Origin: the human T2T-CHM13v2.0 reference genome, Homo sapiens
DNA: 64,000 nt
Reading direction: 5' to 3' (one strand)
Assembly (NCBI RefSeq): GCF_009914755.1
Contig: NC_060927.1
The notes beneath the pieces are model-generated. The model worked only from the letters and a program-made list of their open reading frames with translations. It made no database searches and was not told the origin of the DNA. Below are positions 39,301 to 64,000 of the stretch, piece by piece; the first letter of the stretch is position 1; each line of letters starts with the position of its first letter. The position numbers and the translations under genes are program-made.

Positions 39301-42300
39301 AGAGTATTTCAAAACTGCTCTATCGAAAGAAAGGTTCAACAATGTGAGTTGAATGCGCACACCCTAAAGGAGTTTCTGAGAATTCTTCTGTCACGTTTTA
39401 AATGAAGAAATCCCGTTTCCAACGGATGCCCCAAAAAAGCCTAAATATTTAATAGCCGATTGTACAAAAAGAGTGTTTCAAAACTGCTATATCAAAGAAA
39501 AGATAAACCCTATGAGATGAACGCACACATGACAAAGTAGATTCTGAGAATCATTCTGTCTAGTTTTTCTATGAAGATATTGTCTTTTCTACCATAGGCC
39601 TCAAACAGCGCTATATAACCACTTGGAAATACTACAAAAAGACAGTTTCACAACTGCTGTATGGAAAGGAAGGTTCAACTCTGAGTTGAAAGCACACGTC
39701 ACAAAGAAGTTTCTGAGAATTCTTCTGTGTAGTTTTATACGAAGAAATCACGTTTCAAACGAAGGCCACAAAGAAGTCCAAATCACTCGCAGATTCTACA
39801 AAAAGAGAGTTTCAAAACTGCTCTATCAAGAGGAATGTTCAACACGGTGAGTTGTAAGCAAATATCACAAAGTAGTTTCTTACAATGCTTCTGCCTACTT
39901 TTTATGTGAAGATATTTCCTTTTCTACCGTAGGCCTCTAAGCGCTCTAAATATACTCTTGCAAATTCCACAAAAAGAGTGTTTCAAAACTGCTCTACCAA
40001 AACAAAGGTTAAACTCTGTAAGCTGAATGCACACATCACAAAGTAGTTTCTGACAATTATTCTGTCTAGTTTGTCTGTGAAGATATTTCCTTTTCTACCA
40101 CAGGCCTCCAACCGCTCTAAATATCCAGTTGGAAATACTACCAAAAGACTACTTCAGAACTGCTCTATCCAAAGGAAGGTTCAACTCTGTGAGTTGAATG
40201 CACACATCAGAAAAAAGTTTCTGATAATTCTTCTTTCACGTTTTATATGAGGAAATTCCGTGTCCAACGAAGGCCCCCAAAAAGTCCAAATATTCACTTG
40301 CAGATTCTACAAAAACAGTGTTTCAAAACTGCGCTATCAAAAGAAAGATTAAACTCTGTAAGCTGAATGCAAACATCAAAAAGTAGTTTCTGTGAATGAT
40401 TCTGTATAGTTTTTCTACGAAGGTATTTCCTTTTCTACCACAGGCCTCAAACCGCTCTAAATATCCATTTGGAAAATCTACAAAAAGAGTATATCAAAAC
40501 TGTTCGATAGAGAGGAAATTTCAATTCTGTGAGTTGAATGCACACACCACAAAGCAGTTTCTGAGAATTCTTCTGTCACGTTTTATATGAAGAAATCTCG
40601 TTTCCAACAAAGGCCCCAAGAAGTCCAAATATTCACTTGCAGATTCTACAAAAACAGTACTTCACAACTGCTCTATCAAAAGAAAGATTAAACTGTGTGA
40701 GCTGAATGCACACAGCACAATGTAGTTTCTGAGAATCATTCTGTGTAATTTTTCTATGAAGATATTAACTTTTCTACCATAGGCCTCAAACGGCACTAAA
40801 TATCCACTTGGATAATCTACAAAAAGAGAGTTTAAAACTGCTCTATCGAAAGGAAAGTTCAACTCTGTGAGATGAAAGCACACATCACCAATAAGTTTCT
40901 GAGAATTTTTCTGTCTAGTTTTATTTGACGAAATCACATTTCAAGCGAAGGCCACAAAGAGATCCAAATATCCCCTCGCAGATTCCAGAAAAAGAGTGTT
41001 TCAAAACTGGTCTATCAAAAGAAAGTGTAATCTCTGTAAGCTGAATGCACACATTGCAAAGTATTTTCTGACAATGATTCGGTCTACTTTTTCTATGAAG
41101 ATACTTCCTTTTCTACCACAGGCCTCAAACCGCTCTAAATGTCCACATGGAAATACTCCAAAAGGAGTATTTCAAAACTGCTCAAAGGAAATGAATGTTC
41201 AAATCTTTGAGTTGAATGCACACATCACAAAGATGTTTCTGAGAATTTTTCTGTCATGTTTCATTTGAAGAAATCAGGTTTCAAATGAAGGACGCAAAAA
41301 GTCCAAATATTCACCTACAGATTCTACAAAAAGAAAGTTTCAAAATTTCTCTATCTAGAGGAATGTTTATCTCTGTGAGTTGAATGCAAATATCACGTAG
41401 TAGTTTCTGTCAATGCTTCTGTCTTGTTTTTATATGAAGATAATTCCTTTTCTACAGTATTCCTCTAAGCGCTCTAAATATACAATTGAAAATTCCACAA
41501 AAAGAGTGTTTCAAAACTGCTCTATCAAAAGAAAGGTTAAACTCTGTGAGTTGAACGCACACATCACAAAGTAGTTTCTGAGAATCATTCTGTCTAGTTT
41601 TTCTATGAAGATATTGCCTTTTCTAACACAGGTCTCAAACGGCGGTAAATATCCACTTGGAAATCCTACCAAAAGAGATTTTCAAAACTGCTCTATCAAA
41701 CGGAAGTTTCAACAATAGGAGTTGAAAGCTGACATCACAAAGAAGTTTCTGAGAATTCTTCTGTCTAGTTTTATATGAAGAAATCACGTTTCAAACGAAG
41801 GCCACAAAGAGGTCCAAATATCCGCTTGCAGATTCTACAAAAAGAGTGTTTCAAAACTGCTCTATCAAAAGAAAGATTAAACTCCGTAAGCTGAATGCAC
41901 ATATCACAAAGTACTTTCTGTGAATGATTCTGTCTAGTTTTTCTATGAAGATATTTCCTTTTCTATCACAGGCCTCAAACCGCTCTAAATATCCACTTGG
42001 AAATTCTACAAAAAGAGTATTTCAAAACTCCTCTATCGAAAGGAATGTTCGTTTTTGTGAGTTGAATGCACACATCACAAAGTAGTTTCTGAGAATCATT
42101 CTGCCTAGTTTTTCTATGAAGGTATTGCCTTTTCCACCATAGGCATCAAACGGCAATAAATATCCACTTAGAAATTCTACAAAAAGAGTTTCAAAACTGC
42201 TCTATGGAAAGGAAGGTTCAACTCTCTGAGTTGAAATCACACAATAGAAATAACTTTCTGAGAATTCTTCTGTCTGATTTTATATGAAGAAATCACGTTT

Positions 42301-44163
42301 CAAACGAAGTCCACAGAGAGGTCCAAATATCCGCTGGCAGATTCTACAAAATGAGTGTTTCTAAAGTGATCTATCAAGAGGAATGTTCAACTCTGTGAGT
42401 TGAATGCCAATATCACAAAGCAGATTCTGACAATGCTTCTGTCTAGTTTTTTTGTGAAGATATTTCCTTTTCTACAGTAGGCCTCAAAGCACTCTAAATA
42501 TACACTTACAAATACCACAAAAAGAGTGTTTCAAAACAGCTCTATCAAAAGAAAGGTTAAATTTTTTAAGCTGAATGCACACAACACAAAGCAGTTTCTC
42601 AGAATGATTCTGTCTAGTTTTTCTAAGAAGATATTTCCTTTTCTACCACAGGCCTGAAAACCACTAAAAGTATCCACTTAGAAATCCTGCAAAAAGTGTA
42701 TTTCAAAACTGCTCTATCGAAAGGAAGGTTCAAATCTGTGAGTTGAACGCACACATCACAAAGAAGTTTCTGAGAATTCTTCTGTCAAGTTTCATATGAA
42801 GAAATCCCCTTTCCAAGGAAGGCCTCAAAAAGTCCAAATATTTAGTTGTAGATACTACAAAAAGAGTGTTTCAAAACTGCTCTATCAAAAGAAATGTGAA
42901 ACTCTGTGAGTTGAATGAACACTTCACAAAGTAGTTTCTGAGAATCATTTTGTCCAGTTTTTATATGTAGATATTGCCTTTTCTACCATATTCCTCAAAT
43001 GGCGCTAGATATCCACTTGGAAATACTACAAAAGGAGAGTTTCTAAACTGCTCTATCGAAAGAAGGTTCAACTCTGTGAGTGGAAAGCACACATCACAAA
43101 GAAGTTTCTGAGAATTCTTCTGTGTAGTTTTATATGAAGAAATCACGTTTCTAACGAGAGCCCAAAGAGGTCCAAATATCCACTCGCAGATTCTACAAAA
43201 AGAGTGTTTCAAAACTTCTCTATCAAGAGGAAAGTTCAACTCTGTGAGTTTAACGCAAATATCACAAAGTAGTTTCTGACAATGATTCTGCCTAGTTTTT
43301 ATGTGACTATATATCCTTTTCTAACGTAGGCCCTAAACCGCTCTAAATATACACTTGCAAATTCCACAAAAAGAGTGTTTCAAAACCGCTCTATCGAATG
43401 GAAGGTTCAACACTAGGAGTTGAATGCACACATCACAAAGTATTTTCTGAGAATCATTCTGTCTGGTTTTTCTCTGAAGATATTGCGTTTTCTACCACAT
43501 GCCTCAAACGGCAATAAGTATCCACTTGTAAATTCTGCAAAACGGCAATTTCAAAAATGCTCTATCGCAAGGAAGATTCAACTCTGGGAGTTGAAAGCAC
43601 ATATCTCAAAGAAGTTTCTGAGAATTCTTCTGTCTAGTTGTAAATGAAGAAATCACGTTTCAAACGAAGGCCACAAAGAGGTCCAAATATCCATTTGTAG
43701 ATTGTGCAAAAAGAGTGCTTAAAAACTGCTCTATCAAGAGCAATGTTCAACTCTGTGAGTTGAATGCAAATAACACAAAGGAGATTCTGACATCCCTTCT
43801 GTCTAGTTGTTATTGGAAGATATTTCCTTTTCTACCGTAGGCCTCAAAGCGCTCTAAATATACACTTGCAAATCCCACAAAAAGAGTGTTTCAAAACTGC
43901 TCTATCAAAGGAAAGGTTAAACTCTGTAAGCTAAATGCACACATCACAAAGTAGTTTCTGAGAATGATTCTGTCTGGTTTTCTTATGAAGATATTACCTT
44001 TTCTACCATAGGCCTCAAACCGATCTGAATATACACTTGGAAATTTTACAAAAAGAGTATTTCAAAACTTCACATTCGAAAGGAAGTGTCAACTCTGTTA
44101 GTTGAATGCACACATCACAAAGTAGTTTCTGCAAATTCCTCTGTCAAGTTTTATATGAAGAAA

Positions 44164-44180
44164 TCCCGTTTCCAACGAAG
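44164..44180 (-). promoter_or_regulatory. CENP-B box (perfect 17-mer)
   Basis: tcccgtttccaacgaag on the + strand. Confidence 0.88.
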
Positions 44181-45352
44181 GCCTCAAAAAACCCCAAATA
44201 TTCAATTGCAGATTCTACAAAAACAGTGTTTCAAAATTGCTCTATCAATAGAAAGCTTAAACTCCGTGCGTTCAACGCACACATCACAAAGTAGTTTCTG
44301 AGAATCATTCTGACTAGTTTTTCTGTGAAGATATTGCCTTCTCTACCATAGGCCTCAAATGGCGCTAAATATCCACTTGGAAATTTTACAAAAGTAGAGA
44401 ATCAAAACTGCTCTATCGAAAGGAATGTTCAAATATTTGAGTTGAAAGCACACATCACAAAGAGATTTCTGAGAATTCTTCTGTCTAGTTTTATATGAAG
44501 AAATCCCGTTTCCAATGAAGGCCTCAAAAAAGTCCAAATATTCACTTGCAGATTCTACAAAAAGAAGGTTTCAAAACTGCTCTATCAAAAGAAAGGTAAA
44601 ACTCGGTGAGTTGAATGCAAACATCACGAAGTAGTTTTGGAGAATGATTCTGTCTTGTTTTCTATGAAGATATTGCCTTTGCTACCATAGGCCTCAAACA
44701 GCGCTAAATATCCACTTGGAAATACTGCAAAAAGAGACTGTCAAAACTGCTCTATCGAAAGGAAGGTTCAACTATGTGTGTTGAAAGGACACATCACAAA
44801 GAAGTTTCTGATAATTCTACTGTCTAGTTTTATATGAAGAAATCACATTTCCAAGGAAGGCCACAAAGAGGTCCAAATATCCACTTGCAGATTCTACAAA
44901 AAGAGTGTTTTAAATCTGTTCCATCAAGAGGAATGTTCAACTCTGTGAGTTGAATGCAAATATCACAAATTGGTTTCTGATAATGCTTCTGTCTATTTTT
45001 TATGTGAAGATATTTTCTTTCCTACCGTAGGACTCAAAGCACTCTAATTATACACTACCAATTCCACAAAAAGAGTACTTTAAACCTGCTCTATCAAAAG
45101 AAACGTTAAATTCTTTAACCTGAATGCAGACATCACAAGGTAGTTTCTGAGAATGATTCTCTCTACTTTTTCTATGAAGATATTTACTTTTCTACCATAT
45201 GCCTCTAACCACTCTAAATATCCACTTGGAAATTCTACAAAAACAGAATTTCAAAACTGCTCTATCGAAGGGAAGGTTCAACTCTGTGAGTTGAATGCAC
45301 ACATCACAAAGAAGTTTCTGAGAATTCTTCTGTCAAGTTTTATATGAAGAAA

Positions 45353-45369
45353 TCCCGTTTCCAACGAAG
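45353..45369 (-). promoter_or_regulatory. CENP-B box (perfect 17-mer)
   Basis: tcccgtttccaacgaag on the + strand. Confidence 0.88.
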
Positions 45370-47560
45370 GCCTCAAAACAGTTCAAATATTCACTTGCAG
45401 ATTGTACAAAAAGAGTGTTTCAAAACTGCTCTATCAAAGGAAAGTTTAACCTCTGTGAGTTGAACGCACACATCACAAAGTAGTTTCTGAGAATCATTCT
45501 GTCTAGTTTTTCTATGAAGATGTTGCATTTTCTACCATAAGCTTCATACGGGGCTAAATATTCACTTGGAAATTCTACAGAAAGAGAGTTTCAAAACTGC
45601 TCTGAAGAATGGAAGCTTCAAATCTGTGAGTAGAAAGCACACACCACTGAGAAGTTTCTGAGAATTGTTCTGTCGAGTTGTAAATGAAGAAATCACGTTT
45701 CAAAGGAAGGCCACAAAGAGGCCCATATATCCACTTGAAGATTCAACAAAACAGTGTTTCAAAACTGCTCCATCAAGAGTAATGTTCAACTCTCTGAGTT
45801 GAATGCAAATATCACAAAGTAGTTTCTGATAATGCTTCTGTCTAGTTTTTATGTAAAGATTTTTCCTTTCCTACCGTAAGCCTCAAAACACTCTAAATAT
45901 ACAGTTGCGAATTAGAAAAAGGAGTGTTTCAAAACTGCTCTATAAAAACATTGGATAAACTCTGTTAGCTGAATGCCCACATCACAAATTAGTTTCCGAG
46001 GATGATTCTGTCTATTTTTTTTATGAAGATATTTACTTTTCTACCGTAGGCATCAAACCGATCTAAATATCTACTTGGAAATTTTACAAAAAGATTCTAT
46101 CAAAACTGCTCTATCGAAAGGAATGTTCAACTCTGAGAGTTAAATGCACACATCACAGAGAATTTTCTTAGAATTCTTTTTTCAAGTTTTATATGAAGAA
46201 ATCTCGTTTCCAAAGAATGCCTCAAAAAAGGCCAAATATTCACTTGCAGATCCTACAAAAAGAGTATTTCAAAACTGCTCTAGCAAAAGAAAGGTTAAAC
46301 TCTGTGAGTTGAAAGGAAACATCACAAAGTAGTTTCTGAGAACCATTCTGTCCAGTTTTTCTCTGAAGACATTGCCTTTTCTACAATAGGCCTCAAACAG
46401 TGCTAAATATCCACTTGGAAATTCTACAGAAAGTGAATTTCAAAACTGCTCTATCGAAAGGAAGCTTCAACTCTGTGAGTTGAAAGCAAACATCACAAAA
46501 TAGTTTCTGAGAATTCTTCCGTCTTGTTTTGTATTAAGAAATCATGTTTCAAAGGAAGGCCACAAAGTGGTCCAAATATCCACTTGGAAATTCTACAAAA
46601 TAGTATTTCAAAACAGCTCTATTGAAAGGAATGTTCAACTCTGTGAGTTGAATTCATACATCACAAAGAAGTTTCTGAGAATTCTTCTGTCACGTTTTAT
46701 ACGAAGAAATCCCGTTTCCAAAGAAGGCCTCAAAAAAGTCCAAATATTCACTTGCAGATTCTACAAAAGAGTGTTTCAAAACTCCTCTATCAAAACAAAG
46801 TTTAAACTCTGTGGCTTGAGCGCAAACATCACAAAGTAGTTTCTGAGAATCATTCTGTCTAGTTTTTCTATGAAGATATTGCCTTTTCTACCATAGGCTT
46901 CAAAAGGCGCTTAATAAACTCTTGGAAATTCTACAAAAAGAGAGTTTAAAAACTGCCCTATTGAAAGGAAGCTTCAACTCTGTGAGGTGAAAGCACACAT
47001 CACGAAGTAGTTTCTGAAAACTCTTCTGTCTAGTTGCAACTGCAGAAATAACGTTTCAAAAGAAGGCCACTAAGAGGTCCTAATATCCACTTACATATTC
47101 TACAAAAAGAGTGTTTCAAAACTGCTCCATCAAGAGGAATGTTCAACTCTGTGAGTTGAATGCAAATATCACAAATTAGTTTCTGACAATGCTTCCATCT
47201 ATTTTTTTATGTGAAGATTTTTCCTTTCCTACCATAGGCATCAAAACGCTCTAAATATACAATCGCAAATTCTACAAAAAGAGTGTTTCAAAACTGCTCT
47301 ATTAAAAGAAAGGTTAAACTCTGTAAGCTGAATGCACACATCCCAAAGAAGTTTCGGAGAATGATTCTGTCTAGTTTTTCTATGAAGATATTTCCTTTTC
47401 CACCATAGGCCTCAAACCGCTCTAAATATCCACTTGGAAATTCTACAAAACGAGTATTTCAAAACTGCTCTATCGAAAGGAAGGTTCAACTCTGTGAGTT
47501 GAATGCACACATCACAAAGAAGTGTCTCAGAATTCTTCTGTGAACTTTTATATGAAGAAA

Positions 47561-47577
47561 TCCCGTTTCCAACGAAG
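47561..47577 (-). promoter_or_regulatory. CENP-B box (perfect 17-mer)
   Basis: tcccgtttccaacgaag on the + strand. Confidence 0.88.
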
Positions 47578-49602
47578 GCCTCTAAAAAGTCCAAATATCC
47601 ACTTGTAGATTATACAAAAAGAGTGTTTCAAAACTGTTCTATCAAAAGAAAGTTAAACTTTGTGAGTTGAAAGCATACACCACAACGTAGTTTCTGAGAA
47701 TTATTCTGTCTAGTTTTTCAATGAAGATATTTCCTTTTCTATCATAGGCCTCAAACAGTGCTATATATCCACTTGGAAATTCTGGAAAATGGGAGTTACA
47801 AAACTGTTCTATCGAAAGGAAGGTTCAACCCTGTGAGTTGAAAGCACACATCACAAAGAAGTTTCTGATAATTATTCTGCCTAGTTTTATATGATGAAAT
47901 CACATTTCCAAGGAAGGCCACAAAGAGGTCCAAATATCCACTTGCAGATTCTACAAAAAGAGTGTTTTAAAACTGCTCTATCAAGAAGAACGTACAACTC
48001 TGTGAGTTGAATGCAAATATCACAAAGTAGTTTCCGACAAAGCTTCTGTCTAGTTTTTATGTGAAGATATTTCCTTTTCTACCATAGGCCTCAAAGCGCT
48101 CTAAGTATACAATTCCAAATTCCACAGAAAGAGTATTTCAATACCGCTCTATCAAAAGAAAGGTTAAACTCTGTAAGCTGAATACACACATCACAAAGTA
48201 GTTTCTGAGAATGATTCTCTCTACTTTTTCTATGAAGATATTTCCTTTTCTACCACAGGCCTCAGACGGCTCTATATACATTTGGAAATTCTACAAAATG
48301 AGTATTTAAAAACTGCTGTATCAAAAGGAAGTTCAAGTTTGTGAGTTGAATGCACAAATCACAAAGAAGTTTCTGAGAATTCTTCTGTCAACTTTTCTAT
48401 GAAGAAATCCCTTTCCAACGAAGGCCTCAAGAAAGTCCAAACATTCCTTTGCAGATTCTACAGAAATAGTGTTTCAAAAGTGCTCTATCAAAAGAAAAGT
48501 TACACGCTTTGAGTTGAAGGCACACACCAGAAAGTAGTTTCTGAGAATCATTCTGTCTGGTTTTTCTGTGAAATTATTTCCTTTTCTATCAATGGCCTTA
48601 AACGGCGCTAAATATCCACTAGGAAATTCTACAAAAATTGAGTTTCAAAACTGCTGTACCGAAGGAAGGTTCAACTCTGTGAGTTGAAAGCACACAACTC
48701 AAAGAAGTTTCTGATAAATCTTCCGTCTAGTTTTATATGAAGAAATCATGATTCAAACGATGGCCACAAAGAGGTCCAATATTCCACTTGCAGAATCTAC
48801 AAAAAGAGTGTTTCAAAACTGCTCTATCAAGAGGAATGTTCAACTCTGTGAGTTGAATGCAAATATCACACAGTAGTTTCTGACAATACTTCTGTCTAGT
48901 TTTTCTATGAAGATATTGCCTTTTCTACCATAGGCCTCAAACGGTGCTAAATATCCACTTGGAAATTCTACAAAAACAAAGTTTCAAAACTGCTCTATCG
49001 AAAGGAAAGTTCATCTCTGTGATTTGAAAGCACACATCACAAAGAAGAAGTTTCTGATAATTCTTCTGTCTAGTTTTATGTAAAGAAATCACGTTTCAAA
49101 CGAAGGCCACAAAGAGGTCCAAATATCCACTTTCGGATTCTGCAAAAAGAGTGTTTCAAAACTGCTCTATCAAGAGGAAACTTCAACTCTGTGAATTGAA
49201 TGCAAATATCACAAAGTAGTTTCTGACAATGCTTCTGTCTAGTTTTTATGTGAAGATATTTCCTTTTCTACCGTAGGCCTCAAAGCGCTCTAAATATACA
49301 CTTGCAAATTCCACAAAAAGAGTGTTTCAAAACTGCTCTAACAAAAGAAAGGTTAAACTCTGTGAGCTGAACGTACACACCACAAAGTAGTTTCTGAGAA
49401 TCATTCTGTCTAGTTTTTCTATGAAGATATTGCCATTTCTACCATAGGCCTCAAACAGTGCTTAATATCCAATTGGAAATTCAACAAAAAGAGAGTTTCA
49501 TAACTGCTCTATTGAAAGGAAGGTTGAACTCTGTGAGTTCAAAGCATACATCACAAAGGAGTTTCTGAGAATTCTTCTGTCTAGATTTATATGAAGAAAT
49601 CA

Positions 49603-51218
<1,616 letters not shown>

Positions 51219-51220
<2 letters not shown>

Positions 51221-52081
51221 AGAAAAAAACAAAAAACCCCAGCAAAAAGTGGGCGAAGGACATGAACAGACGCTTCTCAAAAGAAGACATTTATGCAGCC
51301 AGAAAACACATGAAAAAATGCTCATCATCACTGGCCATCAGAGAAATGCAAATCAAAACCACTATGAAATATCACCTCACACCAGTTAGAATGACAATCA
51401 TTAAAAAGTCAGGAAACAACAGGTGCTGGAGAGGATGTGGAGAAATAAGAACACTTTTACACTGTTGGTGGGACTGTAAACTAGTTCATCCATTGTGGAA
51501 GTCAGTGTGGCGATTCCTCAGGGATCTAGAACTAGAAATACCATTTGACCCAGCCATACCATTACTGGGTATATACACAAAGGACTATAAATCATGCTAC
51601 TGTAAAGACACATGCACACGTATGTTTATTGCGGCATTATTCACAATAGCAAAGACTTGGAACCAACCGAAATGTCCAACAATGATAGACTGGATTAAGA
51701 AAATGTGGCACATATACACCATGGAATACTATGCAGCCATAAAAAATGATGAGTTCATGTCCTTTGTAGGGACATGGATGAAATTGGAAATCATCATTCT
51801 CAGTAAACTATCGCAAGAACAAAAAACCAAACACTGCATATTCTCACTCATAGGTGGGAATTGAACAATGATATCACATGGACACAGAAAGGGGAATATC
51901 ACACTCTGGGGTCTGTGGTGGGGTGGGGGGAGGGGGGAGGGATAGCATTGGGAGATATACCTAATGCTAGATGACCAGTTAGTGGGTGCAGTGCACCAGC
52001 ATGGCACATGTATACATATGTAACTAACCTGCACAATACGCACATGTACCCTAAAACTTAAAGTATAATAAAAAAAAAAAA
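51219..52081 (+). pseudogene. Sense L1 3' segment: ORF2p C-terminus (CCHC region), stop 51862-51864, 3' UTR with G-rich tract, polyA
   Basis: Translation includes [18 protein letters not shown] and ends SLIGGN*. G-rich tract ~51908-51941; aataaa 52067-52072. Confidence 0.93.

Positions 52082-64000
<11,919 letters not shown>

Noticed and set aside
51908-51941. G-rich, quadruplex-capable tract
   Set aside because: This is the ordinary polypurine tract of the L1 3' UTR, not a locus-specific element.

Overview
This is primate, most likely human, pericentromeric DNA with no genuine protein-coding or RNA genes. About 94% of the window is diverged alpha satellite (~171-bp monomers, one orientation throughout, CENP-B boxes reading on the - strand). 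It mixes A-type monomers (pJ-alpha box) and B-type monomers (CENP-B box), resembling the R1/R2 (SF5) layer rather than a homogeneous live HOR array. Three retrotransposons interrupt it: an AluYa5 (15106-15417) and two 5'-truncated, 5'-inverted (twin-primed) young L1PA elements (49670-52081 and 63002 to the window end). The satellite is structured. A ~680-bp tetrameric domain (1-~8190, returning at ~61720-63001) flanks a ~44-kb decayed ~850-bp pentameric HOR domain. There is also a very recent 680-bp tandem duplication, a shuffled-block zone at 8.3-12.1 kb, older dispersed block duplications and a small template-switch scar. The ORF track is almost entirely translated satellite; the long ORFs are L1 ORF2 fragments. 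I found no support for a new gene system. The interesting signal is the evolutionary architecture of the satellite. All alignments were made by eye, so domain boundaries are approximate.
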